DNA of 63,949 nt, filler included, from Asterionella formosa (lineage: Eukaryota), in assembly GCA_002256025.1 (NCBI GenBank). It is 14 parts of 14 records of this genome, joined end to end, with 100 filler letters (N's around TTAATTAATTAA, not from the genome) between each part and the next. Parts side by side here need not be neighbours in the genome. Positions count along the whole stretch, not along the records: positions 1 to 22,925 come from NKIB01002583.1; 13 more parts are not named here. The stretch is one strand, 5' to 3'. Position numbers and translations under genes: made by a program. The notes under the pieces were generated by a model, which was not told where the DNA came from, searched no databases, and worked only from the letters and a program-made list of their open reading frames with translations. Positions 1-11,650 of the stretch are shown in pieces (position 1 is the first letter of the stretch; each line of letters opens with the position of its first letter).

Positions 1-732
1 CTTAACGCAATAATGTTTACTACGTCCACCATATTTTGCCATCTACCGGTACGCACTGTATCTTGTCGAGCAAGCAAAATGATGAGAGCCATTTTTCTTC
101 GAACCATCTATTCTCTACATGCATAGGAACTAGGATATAACAGTAGTACCGGGTACCGGGTATACCAGTACCTGGTACCTGGTATACTCCTACCGGGGAA
201 CTTGCCTTCGATCATGGAGGAATGCGTAACTGCGAACCTATCGATGATGGGAAGTATCAGCCATATACACACTTACCGGTACTGGTAGTATTGTATTACG
301 ACAAGGAATTGATAACTACAAACAGTTATGATCTTACCTCCCTAACAATCATCGTGGCACCAACTTCTCCAGGACATGTCCATGCATGCGCATTTTTGGC
401 AGTTCCTTCAACTAATGAAATACTAGTGTAAAAACGTATGTTTATTGCCAATGTCATTTCAAAGGTATCGTTCAAGGAACATTCTGGTCTAATCAATGAT
501 TTATTTCCGCAATGAAAGCAGGAATCGGAACTGGTGCCTTGCCTTTGACAGCAGAAAGCAAAGTCAGCCATGTATTTTTTATGCGTGGCCTACCCGGTAT
601 ATAGATTAGCTTTAAAGTAGGTGGGAAAGGAAATATTAGACTAAGATAAGTGTCAAGAGTCCTACTTAAATCATTAGTATTCTGAAAAATGCTTCAGATT
701 GACAGGATAAAATAAGAAAACAAATGAGCTAA

Positions 733-2422
733 TCATGGACGAGATTCGTCATCAAGTAAATCTTCAATTGCGACTCCAAATTTGCTGGCATACCGCTGAA
801 GTGTTGCTTTGGCCTTGTCAACTGATTCCAATCCAACAGTGTCAATACCTGACGTTGTACCAGTGTCGTCATTGGTATCATCATCTTCTTCAGAGGTTAC
901 AGTTACATCAACCCCACCCTGATCAGATGTGGATGTACCAGTATTGTGTCCTTCTTCCATATCGTCACTTTCAGTAAGGCGAGCCATGGCTGACAAGAGA
1001 GCTGGAGGAAGCGCCAACGAATACCTGCTCTGGGCAGAATCATCCACATCAGGAAGCGTCGAAGCAAAGGAATAGTTCGTATTAATATAACGGTGTTCGT
1101 CTGTCACAGAGTTGACTACTGCACCGCATATGGCATCCGGAATTCGGTACAATGGGGAGATAGTGTTGTCGGCTGTTTCTGAAAATGGGGAAACGAAGCT
1201 GCAAGAAGTCGACGTTTNNNNNNNNNNNNNNNNNNNNNNNNNNNNNNNNNNNNNNNNNNNNNNNNNNNNNNNNNNNNNNNNNNNNNNNNNNNNNNNNNNN
1301 NNNNNNNNNNNNNNNNNNNNNNNNNNNNNNNNNNNNNNNNNNNNNNNNNNNNNNNNNNNNNNNNNNNNNNNNNNNNNNNNNNNNNNNNNNNNNNNNNNNN
1401 NNNNNNNNNNNNNNNNNNNNNNNNNNNNNNNNNNNNNNNNNNNNNNNNNNNNNNNNNNNNNNNNNNNNNNNNNNNNNNNNNNNNNNNNNNNNNNNNNNNN
1501 NNNNNNNNNNNNNNNNNNNNNNNNNNNNNNNNNNNNNNNNNNNNNNNNNNNNNNNNNNNNNNNNNNNNNNNNNNNNNNNNNNNNNNNNNNNNNNNNNNNN
1601 NNNNNNNNNNNNNNATTTGTCACCACGGGAAAAAGTTGATTGAGGCGCAATTGTCGTCTGCATTTCACCAGCAATGTCCTTCTTTTTCGCTCCGCCACCG
1701 AGAAACTTTCGAAAACTCCTCCCAGACTTCTTTTCAATTTCCTGACGGTTCTTCTTCAAAGTAACCTGGACCGGACACACGGGCAATTGCATCTTTTCAT
1801 CCACCATATCCTTGCCGTTGACTGTTAGTGTAGCCACTCCCAGAGGGACTTTTTCGTCGCCCTTGATGAATCCAAGATGGATGTTGACGGTTTCAGGGGC
1901 ATAGATCGATAAGGAAGTATCAAGCACCCCATCCATCGTTTTCAGGTTCGACGATCCATCTGTTCGCAACAGGACAGCATGATAGAGTCGACTAGTGGAC
2001 GCGATGATTGGTTCACCCGTATCCAAGCGCTTTGGCCATCGCACATTCTGTTTATTCATGGCAGGATTTAAGGGGAGACTCACAGTGTACTTGAGAGTCG
2101 CGTCGCAGCCTTTTTCTGTTTCAATACCAGCGTACACATAAACGGCTTCGTCCTTTTCCCCGTGAGATGACGACGAAGTTGATTCGTCTTCAGAAAACAA
2201 TTGAACGATACTGACACCAGTGAGTTCGGAAATTCGAAGTCGGAGATGAAAGAACTTGCCATCGCGAATAATGTCTACGTCGTTCAAAGGTGACTCAGCT
2301 GTGCGCCCCTTGGAAGGATTCCAGGGAAGTTTTGTCGGACTGGTGGGGACGGAAACATTACGCTTCTTTGAAGAAGGTCGGTGAGGGATTCGTTGCGGAG
2401 AAGCTGATGTTGCTTTCGCCAT
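733..2422 (-). CDS. Hypothetical protein with putative N-terminal-type C2-like beta domain; interrupted by N gap 1218-1614
   Basis: ATG at 2422 (MAKATSASPQ) is open to the gap. After the gap an acidic, Ser/Thr-rich frame runs to TGA at 733. The motifs FFHLRLRISELTG and ETVNIHLGFIKGDEKVPLGVATLTVNG align by eye with the 7764-9542 protein. Joining the two halves across the gap is inferred. Confidence 0.7.
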
Positions 2423-3385
2423 TTGAGTGGGTTGGATTAGATTGGATTGTGGACCTGGGGTGATGAGGCGGTTGACACCCGTGGATGAATGCAAGAAAGC
2501 TTCGATTATAAACAGCGAGGAGCACAACTGCAAGCGGAAGAGATACTAACAATACTGTCAACTGTGGATAAAAGTATAAGTAATTCATTCATCGCTCCAG
2601 CCTGCGGTCGTGTTGGCAGGCAGCCGAGCCTGTTTCAGCATTTTTGGTACCATGCAATGGTGCTTGGGGCGCCGGCAACGAATTTGCACATTTACGAGAT
2701 CATTGAGGGGCGCGTAGTATGCTTGTATCCATATTTGTAGTAGTGCTTCAATCCGTTGAGATGGGCAATGTCCTTAAATACACTGAGGATGTTTTATTCT
2801 ATGTACCGTAGAATGCACTCTGTGCATAAACTCCATTTACTTGTGTGGCGAAGTCTGATTGGTTGCATATATATAGATAATTGAACGACCGCAACATAGC
2901 AAGAATGAGCTTCGTTGGTGCCAATGTAATTACAGGTATACACAGAAAGACATGTTGCCTTTTTTCAGCATTGTATAACTGGCTGACTAAAATATTTTTA
3001 TGATATGAAATATATTGTCGTGGCCGAAAATAAAAATCCCATCCTATTTCCTGCCGGTATATAACGTACACGCACATGTTTTGTGCAGCTGCTAAAATAA
3101 AACCTCTTCATCACGGCATACTATGTAGCAAACAAAGCGATGGGACACATCGCCACATACGTAGCTTCTGCCCTTTTTACGACAGCCAAGAAAAAAATTA
3201 ACAGACACAGGACTCTCTGAAATTCTGACTTCCTGTACCTGGTCATAACAGGAGATACCAGCTACCTACCGTACCATTCGGATGAGTTGCTCAGCAGAGT
3301 CCCTTTTTCGTGCGTTCATGCATTCGTCCCGGTAAGTTATTAGGGGGTGTATGTGCACCTCTTCTGCTAACTAAAGAACCTTACG

Positions 3386-3524
3386 TAATCCTAAGCACCT
3401 CTATTGCTAATCCTAGGCACCTCTATTGCTAATCCTAGGAACCTCTATTGCTAATCCTAAGCACCTCTATTGCTAATCCTAGGCACCTCTATTGCTAATC
3501 CTAAGCACCTCTATTGCTAATCCT
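3386..3524. repeat. 22-bp minisatellite, about 6.3 copies
   Basis: Unit TAATCCTA(A/G)G(C/A)ACCTCTATTGC repeated head-to-tail at 3386, 3408, 3430, 3452, 3474 and 3496, with no spacers. Confidence 0.95.
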
Positions 3525-3920
3525 GCAAGAACCTCTCCTACTAACCCTAATCTACCAAATGTTTAGTATGCTCTCAGTCCTATGAAACCTCAAAGGTACC
3601 AGTACCGAGCACAAAACCAGAGAAAACCAGGTATAAACTAGTCACTTTCGCCCTAAGATCAAATTAAGTTTCTCGTGGTTATCGAATCGAGAACAGGCCA
3701 TGTGTTCAAGTGTCTATACTTGAAAAAATATTACTTTCGACTTGGGGTCAATGTATTCATCACTTGTTGTGCAACAAAAAACGAAATTCAGGAGAATGTT
3801 ATTCATTTCCTTCACCCATCTGACTTTGTTCCATAGAGAGGATGGCAAAATTTCTAGAATTTCAGTGTCACTCCTTTCATAATATGACGCACATAATACT
3901 ACCGACAAGCATCTAAACGA

Positions 3921-5306
3921 CTAGTATCGGCTTCGGCTAAAGTTCTCACCGGCTGTCGTCTTTTCGAATTCATTGAGAAAATCGTCTAAGCCATCGTCTT
4001 CTTCTGCTGCTTCCTGTTGCCTGTTTGGTGCTGATGAGTATGCTACTTCATTGCGACTGTAATTTTCACCTCCTAGTTGCTTTGTAAATTCATCAAGTTC
4101 ATCTAGGGCATCGTCCACAGAGCCTGCGGCAGCGGCTCTGGATGCAAGAACTTGTGAGCCATCTGCAAATACCCAAGTGGTTCCTTCGGGTCTATCCGTC
4201 TCTTCTGGCAAGTCAATCGAACTAGGTAGTAGTGACTGTGAGTGAGCTAGTGGCGAATTTCCCACGTCTGCAACAATGTCGCAAATTTCCGTTTTGATTC
4301 TTTGCTGTCTCTCTTGCCGATAGGAATCATCTGCGTAGTTGCTAAAGTGCTTTTCTTTCAATAGTTCTTGGCAGGTTGGTCGGTTGGTTGGGTTCTTTTC
4401 CATGCACAACTGAATCATTTTACAAAATGATTTTGACCATTCTTCTTCTGGATAATCTTCATATTCGGAATAATCATCATGCTCATAATTATTATATGTC
4501 TCCATGGAGGGTGGGTCTTCTTGTATTGTCAAAATAAGTACTTTCATAGCCGGATACTTTGCATACGGAGCGTACCCCTTCGCGAGTTCCATGGCAGTAA
4601 TTCCGAGTGACCAGATATCTGCCTTGTAATCATAGCCATGTATCTGCTCCATGACTTCCGGTGCCATCCAGCACGGCGTCCCGACGAATGTCTTTGCCTT
4701 TTCTTGCTGTGCTCCTTCTTGCACCAACCATCCCGAGACCCCAAAATCCGCGATTCTGACGTCTCCATTCCAATCTAGCAATATATTCCCTGCCTTGACA
4801 TCTCTGTGAATTTGTCCATTTTCATGAATGTACTGCAGTCCAAGCAGCGTTTCATGCAAGATATACGTAATGTGCCCTTCCATGGAAATTGGGGTCTTGA
4901 GTTTCTGTAGCAACAGCCTGGCTGTGTGAAGGCAATGTAGCGAACTGCCCTTCCTCATGAGTTGTGTAACTAGCCATAGACTCCGATCGTTGACAAATGC
5001 TGTGTAACAGGCCAGCACATTGGGATGCGACGAGAGTCTCAGCGCTTGCACTTCTGATCGAATCTCCGCCAGATTCGTGTCGACATGATCCAACTCCAAG
5101 ACCTTTACGGCGCAGCATTCTTGATTCTCCTGTGTACGAGCCTTCCAGACAGATGCAAAGGCACCTTGACCTATCTTTCCAAGCAACGAATAGGCTTTTG
5201 GATCTGTAGGCCACAATTCCGCCGTAGTGGCCGTCGAGGTGGCGGCGGAATCTGTGCTCACCCTTGTTGCTGTTGCGCTTGTTGGAGCATTCGGAATAGA
5301 TGCCAT
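3921..5306 (-). CDS. STE20-family Ser/Thr kinase, OSR1/SPAK(Fray)-like
   Basis: 461-aa intronless ORF with GQGAFASV, AVK, HRDVKAGNILL, DFG, the activation loop KTFVGTPCWMAPEV (as in OSR1/SPAK) and DIWSLGITAMELAKG. Confidence 0.92.
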   Translation of the reverse strand: MASIPNAPTSATATRVSTDSAATSTATTAELWPTDPKAYSLLGKIGQGAFASVWKARTQENQECCAVKVLELDHVDTNLAEIRSEVQALRLSSHPNVLACYTAFVNDRSLWLVTQLMRKGSSLHCLHTARLLLQKLKTPISMEGHITYILHETLLGLQYIHENGQIHRDVKAGNILLDWNGDVRIADFGVSGWLVQEGAQQEKAKTFVGTPCWMAPEVMEQIHGYDYKADIWSLGITAMELAKGYAPYAKYPAMKVLILTIQEDPPSMETYNNYEHDDYSEYEDYPEEEWSKSFCKMIQLCMEKNPTNRPTCQELLKEKHFSNYADDSYRQERQQRIKTEICDIVADVGNSPLAHSQSLLPSSIDLPEETDRPEGTTWVFADGSQVLASRAAAAGSVDDALDELDEFTKQLGGENYSRNEVAYSSAPNRQQEAAEEDDGLDDFLNEFEKTTAGENFSRSRY

Positions 5307-5673
5307 TCTTGCAGATAAGGCGGATTATAGTACTGCGCAATAGTTGACTTTATAAAAAGGAGAGCAATCAGAGCAAGTGATTAGGGTGATAACGACGCGA
5401 CGCAATCAAATGGGAAATGTCATTGTCCAAACAAGGTGCAATGATCCAGTCTCTAATTTTTCCCGCAGTGCATGATACCGGGATACCGGGTAATGGTAAT
5501 TGTACCTGATACTGCCACCAGCACCAGTACCAGGTACCAACAGCGCCAGATACCAGGTACCTGGTACCGTAGACCGGGACCAAGTGAGCGATCCCGCGCA
5601 AATACCGGTACCTTACCGCACAATAATTCATTGTCCTGCCCCCCCCCCAAAATAGAACCGCTCATTATTGGTT

Positions 5674-5923
5674 GTTGTCATCACTTCGGCCGGAAAAGGA
5701 GAAAGATTTTGAGTTTAGAGAGAATAAAGCAAGCAATGTAAGCAAGATTTTCTTACTTTTGCTTTGGGCCGCCCCTCAATTACCCCAGTCATTGAATTTT
5801 TCATTTTTCAGCCATTTGCCTTGTTTTGACTTTGACATTCCGTGTTTAGACGAAAAAATTATTTACATCACTAACAAGTTGTGATACTGTCGACTTAAAG
5901 AGAGAGTTGATGATGTTCTCTAT
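5674..5923 (+). repeat. Dispersed repeat family C, copy 1
   Basis: About 250 nt colinear with 31439-31683, e.g. GAAAAGGAGAA, TGAGTTTAGAGAGAATAAAGCAA, CTTACTTTTGCTT and TACATCACTAA. Confidence 0.85.
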
Positions 5924-6223
5924 TTACCATATACATTATTGTCCTGGACCACCCAATGTACACTGCTGTGACTGAATTTGACTGATTTTACTTAAGGGAG
6001 TCCAGGACAATGAAGAGATTTCCCTAATACTGGACCTAAGTAAATTTCATTAGTTCTACATGATAATGCACATTTTTTCTAAGATGTACTACTAATATGA
6101 CAATTATTTCCGTGATATGAAAAAACGAGAGAGTTCTTCGCCTTGCAAGAAAAACGCGACTTCGTGTTGTTATTGGCAATCTCAATTTTCGTTGTCATTA
6201 TTAGTGTTATTACTTTACTTCTT

Positions 6224-6587
6224 AGGGAATGACTTTGTGGCTGGTTTAACACGTTGCCTTTGATCTGAGGTTGTGAGGTTCGATTCCCGCAAGTTTTTTT
6301 GAGAAGCAATTGTTGGGTTCGACTCCCGCACTATTTACCATCCTGCATGGTCTTGCCTGGTGGTGTGCAAGAAATAGTGGGTCGCCCCCCTAGCTACAAG
6401 CAGCTTGTGCCACCTTCTTAGGCGGTCGGAGTTTCCCCTAATGCTGTGGCTAAGGTGATCACCATTCACGAAAGGTGATTGGGGACTCGCCTACGCTAAC
6501 AAAACTAGGGAAGCACAGGACAGACTTGCCTACTAGAAATAGGGGAGTATGAGCGAATGGGCTATAAAACACACTAACTTTTTTAAA
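6224..6587 (+). mobile_element. tRNA-headed SINE-like element, family A, copy 1
   Basis: Degenerate A-box head and two B-box-like motifs (GGTTCGATTCCC, GGTTCGACTCCC). Colinear with 12680-13047(-). Flanked by a 15-nt direct repeat, ATTACTTTACTTCTT (6209-6223) and ATTACTGAACTTCTT (6588-6602). Confidence 0.8.
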
Positions 6588-7763
6588 ATTACTGAACTTC
6601 TTTTACAATTTTATTTTCCATGTGGTTCTTAATACAGGTAGCAAGTAGCAAATCTTCGCTCTCAATTTTCGCGGAGATAATTCGTATTTTCGTCATGGTC
6701 AAGGTTACGACAACATGATCAAGGATTCTCCAGGTGCTCACAGCCACTACCTGTCTTCTCTTGTGTTTTGTATGTTCAATAGAATCGCAAACATGATAGC
6801 TAAATAATTATAGACTTATTGCCTTCGAGGACGAAAAGGATTATTGCACGTTACATTGTCTATGACAAGAAGATTATTGGGTGTTTGGTTCCACCTCGAG
6901 AAAAATGTACTGGGGTCCAGCAACGATAGGGGGTCCAGGACATTGAAGTACACGGTTTACGGTACCGTACCCGGTAGTCGTTTTAAGCGCCTGTCCTGCG
7001 TCACGTTGTCCATTTCAGCAGAACGACCACAACTTCATGGTAACTGCAACTTCCGGTCATTTGGCCTAAAAAGACAATTTAATACCGGTCGTATATTAAC
7101 TACAGGATAAAGGTGGATAAGATTTACGGTAGTTTCAGCACAATTATCGCAACTTGCTGGTACCTGGTACCAGTACCCTGGCACTGTACCCTGGTACCAT
7201 GTATCATCATCATCAACGAACGTTGAAACAGAACATGACATCCAATATATTTATATGTGTATGGTAAAAAAACCGGTAGAATCGATTGAAGTATAGGAGA
7301 CTGTTGCATGCAATTTCCGACCAGGCAGGTGCCGTATGCAGGTATTGTATACTGTGCGAATCAAACGAACACGCTTCTGTTCGCCAAGCAGGAGCGGATC
7401 TTTGCGCCGGCATGTTGTATTAATTCATGTGTAACGTACATCGATCAATAACATCTATCCATTGTTGAATTTTTATCATAAGCCAGTCGAGTTCCTTTCG
7501 ATCACACACCGCATGTAATAGAAATATGAGCAAACAACCAAAACAGAACACGACTTCTTCGCTAACAAGTTAATATGTGATAATTAGCACCATTCATTAA
7601 ATCACCAGTCTTGTCAAAGGACTTGTTTCTGTTCGCCATCTACGATTGTTACTACTATCAAGCGATCACCTCAGTTACCGAGATCTATCTTCGCCATCCT
7701 TTAGCACAATTTCGGCAGAGAGTTCCTTGTTTCAGCATCATCATTGAACGGCAGGATCGAATC

Positions 7764-9542
7764 ATGGACAAATCTAAAACATTGAAGACGAGCCTTGGCC
7801 AGGATCGCAGACTTCCTCTTGAAGCGCTTCCAACGCAGTCGCCAAAATCAAGTCGAGAAAACAAACAAGGCAAGCATCGTCCCCGAGCCACATCGACAAA
7901 AGCACAACATTCCCCTTCACAAAGCATGTCAAGATCAAGGCAATCTGAAACGAAGGGCCACAGATTTGTCGTTGATCCACCTAAACCTATTACAGCTATT
8001 TCTAACAAGCAGCAGCAGGTTACAAAGAACGACAATAACAGTGTTGGCAAATCAACTCTTGGAGCAATTGCTTCAATGCAACAAGATTCCAAAGCCAGCA
8101 AAAGCCATGCAAGCGGATCACTCGTAGCCGCACTCCCACCGGAAACTGTGAGCGCACGTTCTGCTACCGCCTCCAATACAGATATCTCGGACCTGCACCA
8201 TCCTTCATTTTTTGAAGCGGGAGACAGCGAGTTTGAACTTATGCATGTCAAAGTAACGGTATTGGGTCTCACGGGAATTATGAGCGAAAAAACTACCAAA
8301 AATAACTCTGTACCGGTGATCTCTTCCAAATATCTCCGTTCTCCTCCTCCTCCTATCAAAGACGGTGGCTCTTCAAGTGAAGAAACTACTCAATCGAATC
8401 TTGGTTTTGGATCTCAGGATACAAACACTTTTTCTGACAAAGAAAAAAACCCTACAACAGCAGTCCTCTCTTATCGCCGAAATGTATCCAATAGTCAAAC
8501 ATCTATTGCATCTCACTTGCCCAGTTTGCCGTTGGGCATGCCGGCGTCGTCCTTTGGATTCGCCAATAGGTATATGGCATCCTGGCCGGCTAGTTCTGTG
8601 ATTCCTTTTATCGGTGAGAAAGATATAGCAGAGCAGTCAACATTTACACTTCTTCGTGTCATGATGCGCGAACAATACAATCCTGATGATACCCGAGCTG
8701 GAACAAACATTTCCGGTTTTGTACATGAAACAATCGATCTCCATATAAATTTGGCCAGAGGTGGAGAATTAATTCCCCTGGGAATAGCTACTCTCGTCAT
8801 CAGTGGGGACGAGGAAGGCCAAGTGACCATGTCAGTTCCAGCCAAATCTGTGCAAGTGAAGAAAGGCAAAAGGGTGGTTCTAGACGAGAATTCCAAGAAG
8901 GTTCGAAGGCCAAAACTGTTTAAGAAAGCTCCAGCGCGACCCTATTTCCATAGCGATCCCGAGCGTACATTCCATCTTGATGAGAATGCGACCTTGCGCT
9001 TTTCGCTCCAATGCATTCCTCATGGTACCATGAAAGCAGCTGAAGCATCCGAAGCCCGTCGAGTCATTCTGATGCAACGAGGACTAGAAAGAATGAAGGA
9101 AGAAAATTTGGTCATGGACAGATGCAAAGCAGATCGTCGTGCTCGAAGGCAAGCTAAGCTTCGCGAGCTTGCTGAGAGGGGCCCTGCCACGCCCAAGCCA
9201 ATACCTATTCCTGATCGGGCGGAACAGGTGCCTACGAGTACTTCCAATTTCGGATTTTTGTGTGTATCCCAGTATTGTGGCAACCTAGTGAATGATGAGG
9301 GGGAATATTCGCTTGATGACATAGCTATCGAAAAGCTGTTGGCGAGGGAAAATGATTTGGCAGTCGATGGCGGCACAATTGACAAGTATTTTAGGAACCA
9401 ACTTGGGATTTCTTATTCGGTATCGTCTTCTGATGTAAGCTCTGTTTCAGCATCTGCATCCTCTTCTGAATTTGAGTCTGAGGAGGACGAAACAGCCACC
9501 CGCCACTTGAACAGAAAGATCACCATTGCTCATCGACATTAA
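7764..9542 (+). CDS. Hypothetical protein with putative N-terminal-type C2-like beta domain; paralogue of 733-2422
   Basis: 592-aa ORF from the first ATG (MDKSK). Disordered N-terminus, then LMHVKVTVLGLTG and ETIDLHINLARGGELIPLGIATLVISG, a coiled coil and a Ser/acidic tail. Confidence 0.8.
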   Translation: MDKSKTLKTSLGQDRRLPLEALPTQSPKSSRENKQGKHRPRATSTKAQHSPSQSMSRSRQSETKGHRFVVDPPKPITAISNKQQQVTKNDNNSVGKSTLGAIASMQQDSKASKSHASGSLVAALPPETVSARSATASNTDISDLHHPSFFEAGDSEFELMHVKVTVLGLTGIMSEKTTKNNSVPVISSKYLRSPPPPIKDGGSSSEETTQSNLGFGSQDTNTFSDKEKNPTTAVLSYRRNVSNSQTSIASHLPSLPLGMPASSFGFANRYMASWPASSVIPFIGEKDIAEQSTFTLLRVMMREQYNPDDTRAGTNISGFVHETIDLHINLARGGELIPLGIATLVISGDEEGQVTMSVPAKSVQVKKGKRVVLDENSKKVRRPKLFKKAPARPYFHSDPERTFHLDENATLRFSLQCIPHGTMKAAEASEARRVILMQRGLERMKEENLVMDRCKADRRARRQAKLRELAERGPATPKPIPIPDRAEQVPTSTSNFGFLCVSQYCGNLVNDEGEYSLDDIAIEKLLARENDLAVDGGTIDKYFRNQLGISYSVSSSDVSSVSASASSSEFESEEDETATRHLNRKITIAHRH

Positions 9543-9802
9543 TGCATGCCACAATGATTCAATCAGCAACGAGAAATGAAAATGATTTTTGTATTGTGGA
9601 CTGGTCAATCGTACTTTTATNNNNNNNNNNNNNNNNNNNNNNNNNNNNNNNNNNNNNNNNNNNNNNNNNNNNNNNNNNNNNNNNNNNNNNNNNNNNNNNN
9701 NNNNNNNNNNNNNNNNNNNNNNNNNNNNNNNNNNNNNNNNNNNNNNNNNNNNNNNNNNNNNNNNATAACAGGGCAGGGATTGGTCACTGCTCACAGTGAT
9801 AC

Positions 9803-9945
9803 TTGGTATGGCACGAGTGGGCATCTATATTTATCAATGCTCACGTGTAGTTGGTATGGCACGAGTGGGCATCTTTATTTATCTATGCTCAGTGTAGTTG
9901 GTATGGCACGAGTGGGCATCTTTATTTATTTATGCTCACGTGTAG
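9803..9945. repeat. 48-bp tandem repeat, 3 copies
   Basis: TTGGTATGGCACGAGTGGGCATCT(A/T)TATTTAT..ATGCTCACGTGTAG at 9803, 9851 and 9898, just after an N gap. Confidence 0.95.
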
Positions 9946-10699
9946 TGATGTATGAAAAAATAGTTATGTTGCACGATGAAAACGAATGGCTTTCGTTACT
10001 CTGTTTTAAAAAATTAGTAGTACCATACTTTACTCCATCCATTCATTTGAGTTTCTCTGACGAAGTTAGTTTATTTAGCATAGTTTCTTTTCAAATGATG
10101 TAAGCCCCCACCAAAATTTGTTCTCTACATCTTATGCATAATGTGTACTGTGGATCATCATTCATTCTGTGGTGAGCATTGGGTGAAGCATGTTCAGAAA
10201 CAAAAAATAATGTAGTGTACAGGCACAGCAAACAATGTATCCAACAAAAGCATGTCATGTTTTTGTTACAAAAGTAGCTGTTCTGAGTACACACGCAAAT
10301 ACCCATGTCCTATATGGTTTCGCTAGACGAAATTCGTCAATCGTTCTTCTTGGGGGTTTTGGATCCGCATACTGCAGTTGAACTTTGTATTCGGTAGAAA
10401 TCCATCCCGTTTTTAATTATAGCAAACCACCGGTAGCAGTAGAACATATCATATGAAAAATAGACAGGAGTCAGCCATCAACGTACCTGTTTGTATACAG
10501 TGTCTAGTAAAGCGAAATGCATTGAGTGGTATATATTCAGCATGGATTGCCGTTGTCGTAATTCATCATTCAATGAATCGATTGGTATGTGTATTGAATG
10601 TGTTTGGAACTACCGGTATTATAATCAGGTCAAATCCTCCTTTACTCGGTATTCTTCCAGACCTCTAGAGGGGGAGGACTGTGGACTACATACTACCGG

Positions 10700-11650
10700 T
10701 AAGTGGACTTGCTGATGAGGAAGAAAGTCTTGATCCAGCTGTGAACAGGTCGGGAGCAAACAAAATGTAAGCAGTGGTGAAATAATTCCAACACAATCGT
10801 CAATTTCTAGAACAAGGGATGGTCTGCATGAGTTGCCGTCTGGCCGTTGTCGCAATGATCTTCGAATCCTGTGGCTGCAGTACATAAGATATCATTACTG
10901 TAGTTTTTTTATTCATATCTATGCAGCCATGCATTAATACAGGCATTGTAAAGGTGCATCTTGCGGGGGGGGAGGAGGGTCCTCATTGAAGGATCTGACT
11001 AGAAGTAGTAGTATGTGTTGAATATATGATCATAATAGTTAATCCTTCTTGTGTGTGCAACTCGATCTCCTAGGTTGACACTAAAGTGTTCACAAAGGTG
11101 TTAGTCGAGTTCTCTCCTGGTGATAGAGTTCTGATATATCTATGTAAGCTTAGCCCTATAGCTAGGTGTGTCTGCAGTTGAGCGAGATTGCTCACTCTCC
11201 CACACCAAGGGAAAACCTTTCACCTATGAAAAGGTTTGATATGATGAATATTAATTTGTTGAGTAGTAGGTATAATTCAGTGATATCATGCATGGGATAC
11301 ATGAATCCTGCTATGCAATTGGAATATCCTGCATTACAAAAAAGGGTGGTATCCAGACCTTAATTATCCAGTAAATAACAAATGATATCCAGGTGGTGAC
11401 TGACAAGAGACATATTCAATGTTTCTTCATGTACTATATGTAATAATAGCATTGCTATTGTTGCAAATGTGCAATCTGTTCAGCATTTGGCTGGTTTTTG
11501 TTAGGCACATAGGCCACTACTAGCTGACCAACAGGAGGAGGGTTCATGACCACTAAAATTTCCTGGGCAGATTCATACAAGTCGGAAGGTATGGCCCTCG
11601 GCACAGTACCCTAACAAGACATCGTCATAGGGTTAACCCATAGATTTGTA
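10700..11650 (-). pseudogene. Possible highly decayed retroelement gag-like remnant
   Basis: Stop-broken minus-strand fragments (AIPSDLYESAQEILVVMNPPPVGQ...AEQIAHLQQ; GRVSNLAQLQTHL) loosely resemble diatom copia gag N-termini. The evidence is weak. Confidence 0.2.

Larger units (their letters stand above)
5614..6964. mobile_element. Probable non-autonomous DNA transposon (degenerate TIRs) carrying repeat family C and a nested SINE
   Basis: TTCATTGTCCTG at 5627-5638 is an inverted near-match of CAGGACATTGAA at 6936-6947. The internal motif GTCCTGGAC/GTCCAGGAC recurs at about 5941 and 6000. TACCG/CGGTA lie at the outer edges. No coding capacity. Confidence 0.4.

Noticed and set aside
1112..1643. 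ORFs running through N gaps (also 9447-10103, 14038-14338 and those ending in LIN)
   Set aside because: Their length comes from N runs or the linker.
6400..6565. HDV-like ribozyme in the SINE A body (GGCTAAG, GCGAATGGG)
   Set aside because: I could not build the P1/P2/P3/P1.1 nested pseudoknot, and the GCGAATGG motif differs in copy 2. An Infernal search would settle it.
3386..9945. 22-bp and 48-bp arrays as CRISPR
   Set aside because: The units are contiguous with no unique spacers, there are no cas genes, and the context is eukaryotic.
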